A stretch of DNA of 64,000 nucleotides, from positions 4,435 to 68,434 of the forward strand of contig PDIP01000011.1 of assembly GCA_002811645.1 (NCBI GenBank), in the 5' to 3' direction. A model generated the notes under the pieces. It ran no database searches. It had not been told where the DNA came from and was given only the letters and a program-made list of their open reading frames with translations. The stretch's first letter is position 1. Each line of letters opens with the position of its first letter. Below, one piece after another: positions 32,270 through 43,486 of the stretch. The position numbers were made by a program, and so were the translations under genes. The stretch comes from Corallochytrium limacisporum Hawaii. Taxonomy: Eukaryota > Protista > Pluriformea.

Positions 32270-35200
32270 ATGTCAGCAACAGCATTGAACCATTTACAAG
32301 AGCTGACCTCTTCCGAAGCTGAGGTCCGCACTGCTGCGGTTGCATCCTTGCTAAAGGAACTTGTAAGTAATGGTGATAAAACAGATTTGGACGAGGAATC
32401 AGAATACCTGTTGAAGCGCCTGGTGGCAGGCACTGCTTCGGGCTACGCCAGTGCGCGGCACGGGTTTGCCACCGCTCTGAGTGTGGTACTCAAGGCTTCG
32501 AATCTGTCAATTTCTCCGGATACTGTGCTGAAATTGATGCGTGAAGAATGTGCGGTGGAAAAGGATGCAACTGCTACTGTTCTGCGGAGTGCTATGTTTG
32601 GCAAGGCTCTTACTCTTGGAGCGTTGGTCCAATCGGGGCGGGTGTTCTCCGCAGATCATTTCAGTAACGATTCGTTTAAGGCCTTGATTGATGCCATTCT
32701 GCAACTACATGGAGATAAGAGCTATTTGCGACAGATTAGTGGGGAATTGGTAATTGAAATGCTGGACCAACTGAAGACTGTCGATACAGATATACAGAAC
32801 CAGGCCGTTGGTATCCTTCTTCAGGAACTCCGACCCGTGTTCGCGGGCGAAGTGCGTGACTTGAGCCCCGTCCACATTGCCACAGCACTGAAATTCAAAG
32901 CCTTCGTTAAGTCGCAAGCGCAGACTGATGTAAACAAGAAGAGGAGCAGGAAACCTTCGTCTAAAATGGACTTGAGCAACCTCTGGCTGAACATGAACTG
33001 GAAGCCGGACCATTGTGACCCATTTGGAGACTGCAGTCGGGAACGCCTGGCAGACATTGCCAATGTCATGAAGCACACGAACGAAACTCTACCGCATTTG
33101 CATGCCTCTTGGCCTGTAGTTTTGGATGACATTCTGTTGCGGAGCAAGGACCAGTTTGCGGCTTGCTGGTCGGCGCTAGTGGACCATGGCTTGCTGGGAT
33201 CTTCTTCACTGGAACGCAAGGCTGTCGGACTTAAGTGTTTGGACTATGTGCTTCAGATGCACACCGTTGCCTCTGATGATGACGACAATGGAGCGGCAAA
33301 ATTAACCACGGATCAGGTGCCTGCTCTCTTCGGTGAAAACATGCTGCGCGTCATGATTAACCATTCCAAGAAGGAAGGAAACAGTTTACATCGGGCCGTA
33401 CGAGTCACACTGAGGTCTATGGTACAGTCCCTGCAGGCGCAAGACAATGACAACTTGAAGTTGGCAGTGATTTCCACGCTCATTGGACCGAATGGGAGCC
33501 CCAAATTTGACGTCCTGACTGGCACGAGAACAGTAAGTGACCTATCCAAGTCACTTCACAGTGACGGTATGCAGCAGTACCTCGACTCGCTCGAGGCGGG
33601 GGTTGGGGCACAGAACGGCGACTCCGGCGAGGGACGGCAGGTCACTGCCAGTATGGCCGTAGCGAGTGTGGCCACTCTGCTGGAGAGTGACATGGTGGCC
33701 AACGATGCCGGCGTGCGCCGCAAGGCGCTGTCATTCTTGCTGCACCGCGCCATTCAAGGCTCCGAAGATACGAAAGAGTCCCGCGCTCTGCGGACCACTG
33801 CACTGGAAGCCATCTTTGGGTTGCTCGAGCGTCGGTTTCTGCGGGTAACCCACTCTTTGGTCAAACGACAGTCCGTAGTGACACAGAGTAGTGGAAAGGG
33901 AGATGCCAAGCAACAAAGGAAGAACACTGCCAATGGCGTAACTGGAGAAAACGGCGGTGCCACCACCGAAGAAACGTTAGAGGACCTGCTGCAGACTCTG
34001 CAGGATACCGGAGAGGCTGCTCAGAAAGAGGTTACAAGCAGTAAATCTGGCTTCACAAAAGCTTGGAAGAAAGCCTTGACTAGCTCTACAGCTCTGGCCG
34101 AGGCCAGAATATCTAAAACGGACGTTACGGCGATAAGCGTGCTGACCCTACAGGTGCTACTTTTTGTGTCAGCCGTACATACCAACTCCGAGACCCCCGA
34201 AGGAGACGAAATGGCACAGATTGATGAACTGGTCACTGCCTTCGAGAAGCTGGTCGCCGCCACACAGGATACGACAAAGAAGAGTAGGAAAAGATCCACC
34301 GATAGTGAGCCAAATGCGCACAATGTCATGGCCGATCTGGTAATGTCCCTGCAGGCACAGGGACATTCTGTGTTCCGCTGTGTAGGTGAGGCTCTGTTCC
34401 GAGTCATTGCTCCTGCAGTAACGGAAGATGGTCTCGCGGGCATCTTAGACGTTGCCAGTGGCCGTGATGAGAGTGGTAAGATTGAAGATGCCATGGAGGA
34501 AGAAGACGAAGGTGAAGAAGGTGAGGACGATATCGACGACGACGAGGAGGAGGATGACGAGGACGAAGAAGACGAGGATGACATTGACCCTGCCTTCCGG
34601 GCAAAGGTTGTCGAAGCCTTGGGCCGCGCTGCGGATGAGAAGGCACTGGAGGGGGCTGAAGAACTCTTTCGCCGCGCCGCCAAGGCTGGGCTTGCTGAAG
34701 ACATGGATGGCTCTTCTATGGCGGATGAATCGGCAGGTACGGAAGGGGAAGAAAACGACGTTGCTGACAACGAGGAAGATGATGAGCCGGAAGAGGATGA
34801 ACCCAACATGAACGACGACGAAATGATGGCCATGGACGGAGCCCTGGGTGCCCTTTTTGCTGAACGTGCAAAGGTCGTGCGCGAACGCAAGGAACAGCGC
34901 CGAGCTGAGGAGGCCTTCCGCATGCGAGCATTGTCTCTGTGCCACATTTTCATCGTCAAGTGCCCCGAATCTCCTCTGATTGTGAGGATCTTGCACCGTC
35001 TGCTGGATGCCCTCAGGCCCGCTGCCATGAGCAATAAGCACCAGGATCTAGCTGTCCGTTTGCGCACGATCTTGAGCAAAACCCTGATCAAGGCCAAAGA
35101 TGTGCCCAAAGACGTCGACTGTGAACAATTTGAGGCCGCCCTGGAGGTCTGTGTAGACGCTATGCGACGGCCTGTAAACGGTGATCATGCGTCTGTGGCG

Positions 35201-36010
35201 ACGAAATGCTTACTCTTCCTGTTGCGCCTTCCCTCTGATGACGAACAGTCTGCCCTGGTTGTGGCTAAGTGTGAGGACCTGACCAAGGACTATCTCTGCC
35301 GCAAAACCAGCCACGTACCACCGTCTAGCCTGGCGGACGTTTGCGAACGAAGCCCTGAGTTCGCAGGTCTCGCAATCGCCACGGTCTCTGCGCAGTCTCT
35401 GACCGTCGCTTGCAATGCGTTCCATGCTGCGCGGGCCGCTGAGTTCGTGTCACGAACGCTGAAGTTCTCTGCACGTATAGAACAGGTCCTGCAGGAGAAC
35501 GAACGGAGCCAAGAACGCGTTGCTCAACTGACATTGGGTCTCCTGAATGCCATGACCGCTTTGCTGCAGAAGGGTGGCAAGGATAACGATCAAGCTGACG
35601 AACACGATGGGAACAGGTTGTTGCTGGAAGCAATGAAGAACAGTCACGCCAAGGATATTCTGAAGAACTGTAGCAGTAGTCTGCAAGCCCTGCAGCGCCT
35701 GCTCAAGCACGTGGTGGGCACCACTTCCGTGGACAGTCAGACACTGGTTGCGGCATTTGATGCCTGTCAAGGTGCCCTGGAGAGCGCCCGGAGTAATGCC
35801 AAATTACAGTCGCAGCACAGGCAGCGTCTACAACAGGTGAGCCAGAACCTGACACCGCTGAAAAATGATGCCGTTTCAGCGTTCAAGGCTAGGTCAAGTT
35901 CAAAGAAACGTAAATCTGCTGGCGTCGACGATGACCCCGTTGCGCCTACGACCGCGAAGGAACCCGCGAAGAAGGTTCGCAAGAGCGGCAAAAAGGGCAG
36001 CAAGAAATGA
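32270..36010 (+). CDS. MYBBP1A: Myb-binding protein 1A / Pol5 (DNA polymerase phi family) nucleolar protein
   Basis: YLLKRLVAGTASGYASARHGFATAL, KSYLR, acidic tract, MNDDEMMAMDGALGALF, FRMRAL, basic C-terminal tail. Confidence 0.9.
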   Translation: MSATALNHLQELTSSEAEVRTAAVASLLKELVSNGDKTDLDEESEYLLKRLVAGTASGYASARHGFATALSVVLKASNLSISPDTVLKLMREECAVEKDATATVLRSAMFGKALTLGALVQSGRVFSADHFSNDSFKALIDAILQLHGDKSYLRQISGELVIEMLDQLKTVDTDIQNQAVGILLQELRPVFAGEVRDLSPVHIATALKFKAFVKSQAQTDVNKKRSRKPSSKMDLSNLWLNMNWKPDHCDPFGDCSRERLADIANVMKHTNETLPHLHASWPVVLDDILLRSKDQFAACWSALVDHGLLGSSSLERKAVGLKCLDYVLQMHTVASDDDDNGAAKLTTDQVPALFGENMLRVMINHSKKEGNSLHRAVRVTLRSMVQSLQAQDNDNLKLAVISTLIGPNGSPKFDVLTGTRTVSDLSKSLHSDGMQQYLDSLEAGVGAQNGDSGEGRQVTASMAVASVATLLESDMVANDAGVRRKALSFLLHRAIQGSEDTKESRALRTTALEAIFGLLERRFLRVTHSLVKRQSVVTQSSGKGDAKQQRKNTANGVTGENGGATTEETLEDLLQTLQDTGEAAQKEVTSSKSGFTKAWKKALTSSTALAEARISKTDVTAISVLTLQVLLFVSAVHTNSETPEGDEMAQIDELVTAFEKLVAATQDTTKKSRKRSTDSEPNAHNVMADLVMSLQAQGHSVFRCVGEALFRVIAPAVTEDGLAGILDVASGRDESGKIEDAMEEEDEGEEGEDDIDDDEEEDDEDEEDEDDIDPAFRAKVVEALGRAADEKALEGAEELFRRAAKAGLAEDMDGSSMADESAGTEGEENDVADNEEDDEPEEDEPNMNDDEMMAMDGALGALFAERAKVVRERKEQRRAEEAFRMRALSLCHIFIVKCPESPLIVRILHRLLDALRPAAMSNKHQDLAVRLRTILSKTLIKAKDVPKDVDCEQFEAALEVCVDAMRRPVNGDHASVATKCLLFLLRLPSDDEQSALVVAKCEDLTKDYLCRKTSHVPPSSLADVCERSPEFAGLAIATVSAQSLTVACNAFHAARAAEFVSRTLKFSARIEQVLQENERSQERVAQLTLGLLNAMTALLQKGGKDNDQADEHDGNRLLLEAMKNSHAKDILKNCSSSLQALQRLLKHVVGTTSVDSQTLVAAFDACQGALESARSNAKLQSQHRQRLQQVSQNLTPLKNDAVSAFKARSSSKKRKSAGVDDDPVAPTTAKEPAKKVRKSGKKGSKK

Positions 36011-36220
36011 AACAATGAGTCCTTCCACAAGATACTCTCGTCCTTCCTCGCATTGGATTTATGGTGATATGTACTTTGGCGAAAATAAATTTGTTGCTAA
36101 AAGAACTAAACTGGTCTTTCCACCGATGTCATGCATCTCTGAACAACGAACGGACAGGGACGGAAATATGTGTATCTTTAGATGTGTATTTGTTTTGAGC
36201 CAGTTTCCCTTGGCAGAAAC

Positions 36221-38461
36221 TCAGTTGGCTACGGCAGCTGCCTTCTGTATCTCGGCTTCCGTAGCGTTCAGGGCCGCGCTGCCATTTACCGCACCACTTC
36301 CGGCACTGTCTGTAGACTTGGCCGTGCCGGAGTCCTGGCCACCGGCCGCGGTGGCTGCGGCCTCGCTTGCCGCTGCAGCGGCCGCCGCAGCGGCCGCAGC
36401 GTCCTTAGCTGGAGAGGTTGTAGACAAATCCTTGGACGCTTTCTGTGGCCCGTCTTTCGTCGGTGTCTGCTGCTGGCTGCGGCTGCTGTCCCTGTTCGCC
36501 CCCGAAGTTGTGCTTTGACTCGTCCACTTCCACAGCATCGCAGGCCGTTGCTTGCGGGTCTTCTGCCAGTACAGTCCGCAAGCATTGCAAAGGCGCTGAT
36601 TACTGTTCTCTCCCCGGCGCCACAACGATGTCTCGGTAGTGCCGCAGTTGGAGCAGCGTGGTTCGTTCGAATTCGCAGGCGCAAGGCCACTGTCTGCTGC
36701 CATGCGTTGGCTCATGCTGCGTGTATGCATGTCCGTGGATGCGCTCTTGCGCAAAGGGGCACCAAGCCGGCGATCCTGACTCATTGCCGACGACCGACGG
36801 AGCAGGGTGGCATCCTCGGCACGGACGGAAGACGTTTTCTTCAGTTTGCCTGCTTCTTCAGAAGGGACACTGGCGTTCGGGTCATTCGCTGGAGCAGGCG
36901 GTGGTGGTCCGGGCGGAGCCTGCTGACCGTCGCGGTACTGCTGCTGCTGTTGTTGCTGCTGCTGCTGCTCCCCTTGCTGCTGTGGCTGTTGCTCTTGTTG
37001 GTGCTGTTGCTGCGGCGGCATCTGTTGTAGATGTTGCATTGGCTGTTGCTGTTGCTGTTGCTGCTGCTGTTGTTGGCTATGAAGAGGATACGGCCCAGCA
37101 TAGTGTGGTGGTGGTTGCTGCTGCTGCATATGCTGTTGTCCCGGATCTTGCTGCTGTTGTGGCTGTTGCATCGTGTGCTGCACAGCGTACTGTCCCTGGG
37201 GGTACGCTCCCTGTGGCCAATTGTAGCTTTTACTGCGCATCAGGTGGTGCGGTCCCCCTGGATGCTGGTGGGGCAGCACCGGGTGTGCAGAAAATTGTAC
37301 CGGTCCACCCATTGGAGGCTGTTGCTGTTGCATAGGTTGGGGTGGTTGCGGTTGTTGTTGTTGTTGCTGCTGCTGCTGTTGCGGATAGCCCTGTACGTCC
37401 TGTGCTTGCTGCTGCTGCGGCGGCGGCGGCTGCGCTACAACATAGGCCTGTACCATTCCTGGGTGCTGTTGTCCATACATTTGCGGATGTCCTTGGTGTC
37501 CGGCGGCTGCTGTCGCATTGGGGTCATACATTCCACCGTGATGCTGCCCTGCGGCCGGATGAAAGTGGCCCCGTGGCCCCATGTCGCTCATTTGCCTAAG
37601 CATGAGTGCACCTGGTTGGCCGGGGGCGCTCAGGTTAGGACCCATCGGCTGTGCGCACTGTACGGAGCGTTGTTTGGTGAGGGCGGTACCGGTACCGTCT
37701 TCTCGACCGGTGTTAGCTTCACCTTCCTTCTTTTCAATAATCTTGGAATTGTTACGCCAGAGAATGGGGGGGCGATTACGGCCGGTTTTGTTGAAGTAGA
37801 GTCCGCAGCCATTACACAGGCGTGTGTTCTCTTCCGGGCCCTTGCGCCACACAGTGGTTGTATCCGTGCCGCAATTGGCGCAGGTTACGTCCTTGGTACG
37901 AGAGCGTTTCTCACCAGCCTGGCGTGCTTTCTTCTCCGTGCCCTCTGATGTCCCATCACCGCTGGCGTTCTTGCCGTTCGGAGTGGTACCATTGTTTGCA
38001 TTCTTCTCCTTCAATGAAGCCGAACTGTGAACCTTGGACATCCTCTGTGACGACTGCCTGCTGATCTGACCTGGGGGACCTTCAGCCTCTTCAGAAGCCA
38101 CAGCAGCCGCAGCAGCATTGCCCACCTGCGTGGCCAACGCTCCGCCACTCGCGTTGCTAGCGTTGCCGCCCGTCTGCGACGCACCGGTTTGGAAGAGCAT
38201 ACCTGTGTACTGTCTGCCTTCGACATGTAGCAGCACACTCAATCCAGTGCCACTCGGCGTTACCTCGAGTTTGAAGTTTGGCATGACCATGGCGACTGTG
38301 CCACCACTAGTCGACCCGTCACCGGAAGCTGCGCCAACGGGTTCGTAGGCTCGCTTCGGAATGGGCGCTGCGGTCTGTGTGGGGGTTCTGTTTTCTTTAG
38401 TGGTACCCGTAGAGCCACCACTTTCGGAGCGGAGGCGTTTTTGTGGTTGATCCACCGTCAT
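36221..38461 (-). CDS. GATA-type zinc-finger transcription factor with two C-x2-C-x18-C-x2-C fingers and a polyQ linker
   Basis: CANCGTDTTTVWRKGPEENTRLCNGCGLY (37805-37882) and CSNCGTTETSLWRRGENSNQRLCNACGLY (36578-36655). Confidence 0.92.
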   Translation of the reverse strand: MTVDQPQKRLRSESGGSTGTTKENRTPTQTAAPIPKRAYEPVGAASGDGSTSGGTVAMVMPNFKLEVTPSGTGLSVLLHVEGRQYTGMLFQTGASQTGGNASNASGGALATQVGNAAAAAVASEEAEGPPGQISRQSSQRMSKVHSSASLKEKNANNGTTPNGKNASGDGTSEGTEKKARQAGEKRSRTKDVTCANCGTDTTTVWRKGPEENTRLCNGCGLYFNKTGRNRPPILWRNNSKIIEKKEGEANTGREDGTGTALTKQRSVQCAQPMGPNLSAPGQPGALMLRQMSDMGPRGHFHPAAGQHHGGMYDPNATAAAGHQGHPQMYGQQHPGMVQAYVVAQPPPPQQQQAQDVQGYPQQQQQQQQQQPQPPQPMQQQQPPMGGPVQFSAHPVLPHQHPGGPHHLMRSKSYNWPQGAYPQGQYAVQHTMQQPQQQQDPGQQHMQQQQPPPHYAGPYPLHSQQQQQQQQQQQPMQHLQQMPPQQQHQQEQQPQQQGEQQQQQQQQQQYRDGQQAPPGPPPPAPANDPNASVPSEEAGKLKKTSSVRAEDATLLRRSSAMSQDRRLGAPLRKSASTDMHTRSMSQRMAADSGLAPANSNEPRCSNCGTTETSLWRRGENSNQRLCNACGLYWQKTRKQRPAMLWKWTSQSTTSGANRDSSRSQQQTPTKDGPQKASKDLSTTSPAKDAAAAAAAAAAASEAAATAAGGQDSGTAKSTDSAGSGAVNGSAALNATEAEIQKAAAVAN

Positions 38462-39107
38462 GCCTTTGCACTTTAGTACCGCTGCGTGGATCTCTGTATT
38501 CTACAATTTTTCCCTTGTGCCCTCCTCAAGCCGATGTTTGTGTGTCAAGAACCGTACAATACTTTTCTTCTTTAAAAAACCTACATTCCTTAGTGTGCTA
38601 TGATTGTTCTCGGAATGGTGCAGTGAAGTCTTATACGTAGAAAGGGATGTGAAGTTGAAGATCATTGCTCTAGAAATACACACCATGCTTCCTCTACTAC
38701 CTTGTCCGGGACATAAAGTTCAGTGTGATGTGCAACCCCCATACACCAAGTGAACACATACATTACCGTTATTTCCATAAAAAGATACAATAAGCTCGAG
38801 ATTGACGGACCTATCTTTCCAATTAAACTCAAACACGCCCAAACCTGTTTAACAACGAAGAACGAAAGGAAAGGTCTTTGGCAAGCACCACTCGAGACTT
38901 GTTCCAACGCCAAACCACCAGACCAAGACCCACCAAGAAAATGGAAGGTCGGTCAACCGTCTCCCCTCCCCTTCAACCACCCCCCACCCCTTCCCTTCTC
39001 TTCCATCTTGCCCCATCGTAGATTCCGGAACCGTTGAAGGAAAAAAATAGAAAAAAAAACCGGATTCGTTCCACCTTTTTTATCGGCGCGCCCACCCCCA
39101 ACCCCCG

Positions 39108-39159
<52 letters not shown>

Positions 39160-39201
39160 GTGTATCTCTCCGACTCACTCACTCACACACACACACACAC
39201 A

Positions 39202-39256
<55 letters not shown>
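39108..39256. repeat. Compound (CT)n/(CA)n microsatellite
   Basis: Directly visible dinucleotide tracts upstream of the GATA gene. Confidence 0.95.
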
Positions 39257-39261
<5 letters not shown>

Positions 39262-41971
39262 TTGGGCTTTTGTCCCGCCCGACACCACCCAAACCCAAAG
39301 CTAACCACCACCACCACACCTCAAAGCCCGCGATCTAAGTTTGGTTTGAATTATCTTTCCTTTTTGGCCTTTATCCTTTGTATACATACCCTCCGCGCGG
39401 GTATCATTTTTGGCAGCAGTCCAAAAAAAGGAAAAATGGAAGGGAAGGGACGGAGGGCAAGGACCGGCGGGGGACATCAAAAAAACACACGCACCTCCCC
39501 CATCACTCGCTGATACCAACCCTTAAACCCCGAATAAAAAAAAAACCAAAAACACAAAAGAAAAGCACTGAGACACAGAGAGAGAGAGCGCTGGGAACGT
39601 AAAGAAAGTAGAAGAAAAAGGAAATATAACAAAAAAAAAGAAAGTCCTGCGCCACCGGCAGCAGCTGCCAGCGGCTCTGTTGGCCTTTTTTACCAACCCT
39701 CCTTTTGCTTTTCCGGGATCCCGGCCCCCCCCCCGCCCGAAAGAAAAAGCTTAAGGGGGGACCGACCTTAAAAAAAACCCCCACGCACCACTCTGGACCA
39801 GGAAAATTTAAGAAAAAAGCTAGTAGAAAACACCAAACTTGGACCTAAGTCTTCGTTTGGATTTTCCCAAAGGCTTTTTTTTCTCGCGGCTTTTGACAAC
39901 CCCGCCGCCCCTTTTACTTTTTGAAAGGCAAAAGACAATCGCACCAAACCCTCCCCTGCTGCGCAACGTTTACCCAGAGAAGAAAAATCCTACGCATCCG
40001 TTGGTTGCGATTTTTCATTATTTTTTTTAGTGGCTCTGGCCTTTTTGTGGATATCCCACATTTTCATATGTTCACTATGGGAAGAATAAGAAAGAAAGAA
40101 ATCAGCAACGCGCACCTTCGTCAACCCCAACCCCTCTTCTCCGCAGGTAGCCCCGTAGGGAACACCACCCCACCCACCCCCGTCAAATGATCGGTCCATC
40201 ATCGCAGCAGTACGTACGTACTGTACGTACGCACCTGCCAGGTTCTCCAACCAAACGCCTACCACGACGGTGTGCCCTCAGGTGCGGCTTGCTCTCTCCG
40301 TGTGTGTTGTCTCGCTCGCTCGCTCGTCCGTTGTCCTCCCGTCTCCTCTCGCTCGACCTTGATCTCCCCTTTGAGTGTCTCTCCTCTGCTACCCCCGGAT
40401 GCAGGGTATGCCGTGCGTGTGTGTGTGTGTGTGTGTGTGTGTCATTGCCCCTGGCCCTCCCCGCGGCGGCGCCGCCGTGAGGTTTTTCTTGGTTTCTTTT
40501 TGGTGTTCTTGTCGGGGTTGTGAACGTGTTCTCTTTGGGTTGGGTTGCTGGTGTTTTGCCGTATCTCCCGAGGATGTGCGTCTGCATGTTGCCGGGTCAG
40601 GTTTGTCGCTGTCCGATCGGTCGGTGGTTCTCTTCTCTTGCCCGGCCAAGGTCGCCCGCCACCCGATCGACATGCACTGCGCATACACAAGATCACGTAA
40701 CAAGGGCAGATCGGCGCCAGTTGGTCTGGAGGAGCAACGCGCACACAAAGTCTCGTCGCGCATCTCTCACCCGTGGCACATCTCCTCCTCAGTCACAGAG
40801 ACCTTTTCACTCGGAGAACACGCAGACCACCGGTCTTGGGGTTTGTGTTCGGGGCGTCACGTGCTGATAATCTACGGCCGGGATCTCTATAGTGAATGTA
40901 CTAACAATTACTCTCCCCAGTTTCGGGCAGCGACATGTGGTACCCGGGAAAGCGTGAAAAAACACAAAACATATATGCCCGTCGTTTCCGTACCCAAATT
41001 AGAGAATTGCTGTCGAAATTATGGATATATTTACTATTGCGTACCGTATTTTGCTTTCTGAACATACCTACCCCTAAGAGAACGTAAGCTTGGTGCGGAG
41101 AATCTTATCGGACTGTCCACAACCCCACCACACACACGCACTTTCTCTGTCTCTGTCTCCCTCGCGCTCTCAGGTGTTAAGAGCCTGCTCAGCTATTCTT
41201 ACATTTACCATACAAACTACCTGGCCTATACCAATCTCCAGAGCAGTGGGGGGGGGGGCTCCATCGCCCCGGGGTTTTTCATCTTTATTTTTTTTGGTTG
41301 TTTTCATTTTTTTTTGGCTTTTTTGCTCTTTTCGTGGCCAGTCCTGCCCGTTTTACTCACTGTCTTTTCGGTGGAAATTGCCCAGGAGGAAGAGGGGGAC
41401 AAATTCGTATGCTGTCCTTTTTCTCTATTCTATTTTCTCTTTTTTTTTTCTTTCTGTTCCGTTTCTTGGGAGGGGGGGGGGTGTCGGGTATTTTTCGCTG
41501 GAGCTAAAAGGAAAAAGAAAAAAGAAAAGTGGCAGAGGGGGGGGGCTTTCAATTTTTCTTCTGGGTTTCAAAAAAAAAGAAAAATTAGAGCAGTGTCTGT
41601 GGAGGGATCTCTTGTGGCGTGGTTTCGGTACTGAACGTACCGCAAGTACCGGCCCTCCTGCCCCACACTGCGGGGGAGGGGAGGGCGGCGGGGAGGCAAC
41701 CCAAGGGCCACCCCTCCCCGCTCTCTCTTGTTCGTTTCCTCTTTTTTGCAGCGCTTGTTAATCAATAAATATTAGACTTCAATATTAAATGTAGGAAAGT
41801 TTGTAACTATTGATGCCTGCCTGCGCAGTGGGGGAGAACGTCCTCCGGCCCGGCACGCCCCTCACTCGCCGACTGCGTTCTCTGAATCAATCTCCATCAT
41901 CAATGCCCACCATTTTTTTTTGGCCTTAATCGCGATGCGTCTCTCTTACAAACAGCTAACAGTGGTGTAAT

Positions 41972-43486
41972 CTATGATTTGGGCTCCATGCCGTGTCTTT
42001 TGAGCGTCTCGCGGACCTCGGCGTATACTTCATCATCCGCGGATTCGGCGTTGATGGTAACCAGCTTACCCAGGTCACCCATGTGGTCACAGACCGGTTT
42101 GTTCTTCTCCATGAAGGTTGCAAAACGCTTCGTGATGGTCTCCTTGTTGTCATCAGCGCGACCAGAGTCCTCTCCACGCTTGAGCAGCCGCTCCTCCATG
42201 ACCGCTTCACCGCACTCAAAGAACAGCGCGAGCTGTGCCGGGAGGACCTTCTCCTCGAATTCAACTGCCTGTCCAACCTCGCGTGGGTAACCATCCAGGA
42301 GCCAGGTGTTGACGTCTGGATTTTGCACCATCTTCTGCCGGACCAGATGTAGAACAATGTCGTTGCTAACCAATTTGCCCTCGGCCATGATCCCTTCCAC
42401 CTCCCTGCCCAGTGTGCTGCCGCTTGCGACCTCCGCACGGAGCAGATCGCCGGTGCTAATGTGTCCGAAGCCATAGTCCGCGACTATGCGGTCGCACTGT
42501 GTTCCCTTGCCTGCGCCCGGCCCCCCCAGCACAAAAATGACCTTTGTATCCGGGGAGATCTGCTTTGCTTCGCTTGCGTCCATTGGTGCGACAGGGGCCG
42601 CAGCGGTGGTGGCGCTGGCGGCAACGTCCTTTGCCTTGCCGAATATCGGATCCAACACGTCCTTGACATCAGCAAAGATCTCATCCACGCCACGTTCGGC
42701 GTTAATTTTCACGACTTTGTCACCGTAGTGGTCGACGACGGGCAGAGACTGCTCCATGAAGGTCTTGAACCGCTTCTTGATGGCCTCGATATTATCGTCA
42801 CTGCGACCTGACGTCTCGCCCCGCTTAAGCAGGCGCTTCTCCATGGTCTCTTCCCCGCACTCAAAGAAGAGGAGCAATTCGCTCTTGACCACGTTCGATT
42901 CGAAGGCAATGCCTTGGCTTGTGTCCCGCGGGAAGCCGTCAATGATAAAGCCTGGGTTGGACGGCGATTTGCGCTCGCGCATGGCATTGCGGAGGAGTGT
43001 TATGGTCACTTCTTGATCCACCAGCTTGCCTTCTTTGACGATGCCGTCGATCATGGTGCCGAGTTCGGTCCCCTTGGCCACCTCAGCTCTCAGCAGATCG
43101 CCTGCGCTCAGGTGCGATAGACCATACTCTTCGACTATCTTTTCTGCCTGTGTACCCTTGCCTGCACCAGGACCGCCAATCACGAAGATCACGCGCTGGT
43201 CCCTGAGGTCGTCGCTGGGTTCGAGCTTGAAGTTGTCGACAGCGCTGGTGGCGGCAGGAGTGGATGGCGCCGCTGCCGCTCCCGATCCACTACTGCCAGC
43301 AAAGGCATGAGGCGAGACTGTGACCTCACCGTCTTTGACTTTGCCCAGGCACTCCTGCAGGAAACCGATTGGTTCATCGGGTTTGTGGTACAGCAGACCG
43401 ACGACCAGACTCTCCAGGAGAGCGTTGATATTGTGCTTTTCTAGGTACTTCTGGGCCTGAGCCTCTACTGGCGCTACAGGTGCCAT
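41972..43486 (-). CDS. AK5: AK5-type adenylate kinase: RIIa/Dpy-30-like docking domain plus two tandem AK domains
   Basis: YLEKHNINALLESLVVGLLYHKPDEPIGFL; two GGPGAGKGTQ P-loops; HLSAGDLLR/HISTGDLLR; DGFPR/DGYPR; GRSDDN/GRADDN. Confidence 0.88.
   Translation of the reverse strand: MAPVAPVEAQAQKYLEKHNINALLESLVVGLLYHKPDEPIGFLQECLGKVKDGEVTVSPHAFAGSSGSGAAAAPSTPAATSAVDNFKLEPSDDLRDQRVIFVIGGPGAGKGTQAEKIVEEYGLSHLSAGDLLRAEVAKGTELGTMIDGIVKEGKLVDQEVTITLLRNAMRERKSPSNPGFIIDGFPRDTSQGIAFESNVVKSELLLFFECGEETMEKRLLKRGETSGRSDDNIEAIKKRFKTFMEQSLPVVDHYGDKVVKINAERGVDEIFADVKDVLDPIFGKAKDVAASATTAAAPVAPMDASEAKQISPDTKVIFVLGGPGAGKGTQCDRIVADYGFGHISTGDLLRAEVASGSTLGREVEGIMAEGKLVSNDIVLHLVRQKMVQNPDVNTWLLDGYPREVGQAVEFEEKVLPAQLALFFECGEAVMEERLLKRGEDSGRADDNKETITKRFATFMEKNKPVCDHMGDLGKLVTINAESADDEVYAEVRETLKRHGMEPKS

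Noticed and set aside
35865-37948. Long plus-strand ORFs (217, 282, 225 and 305 aa)
   Set aside because: Antisense shadows of the polyQ/polyA GATA gene
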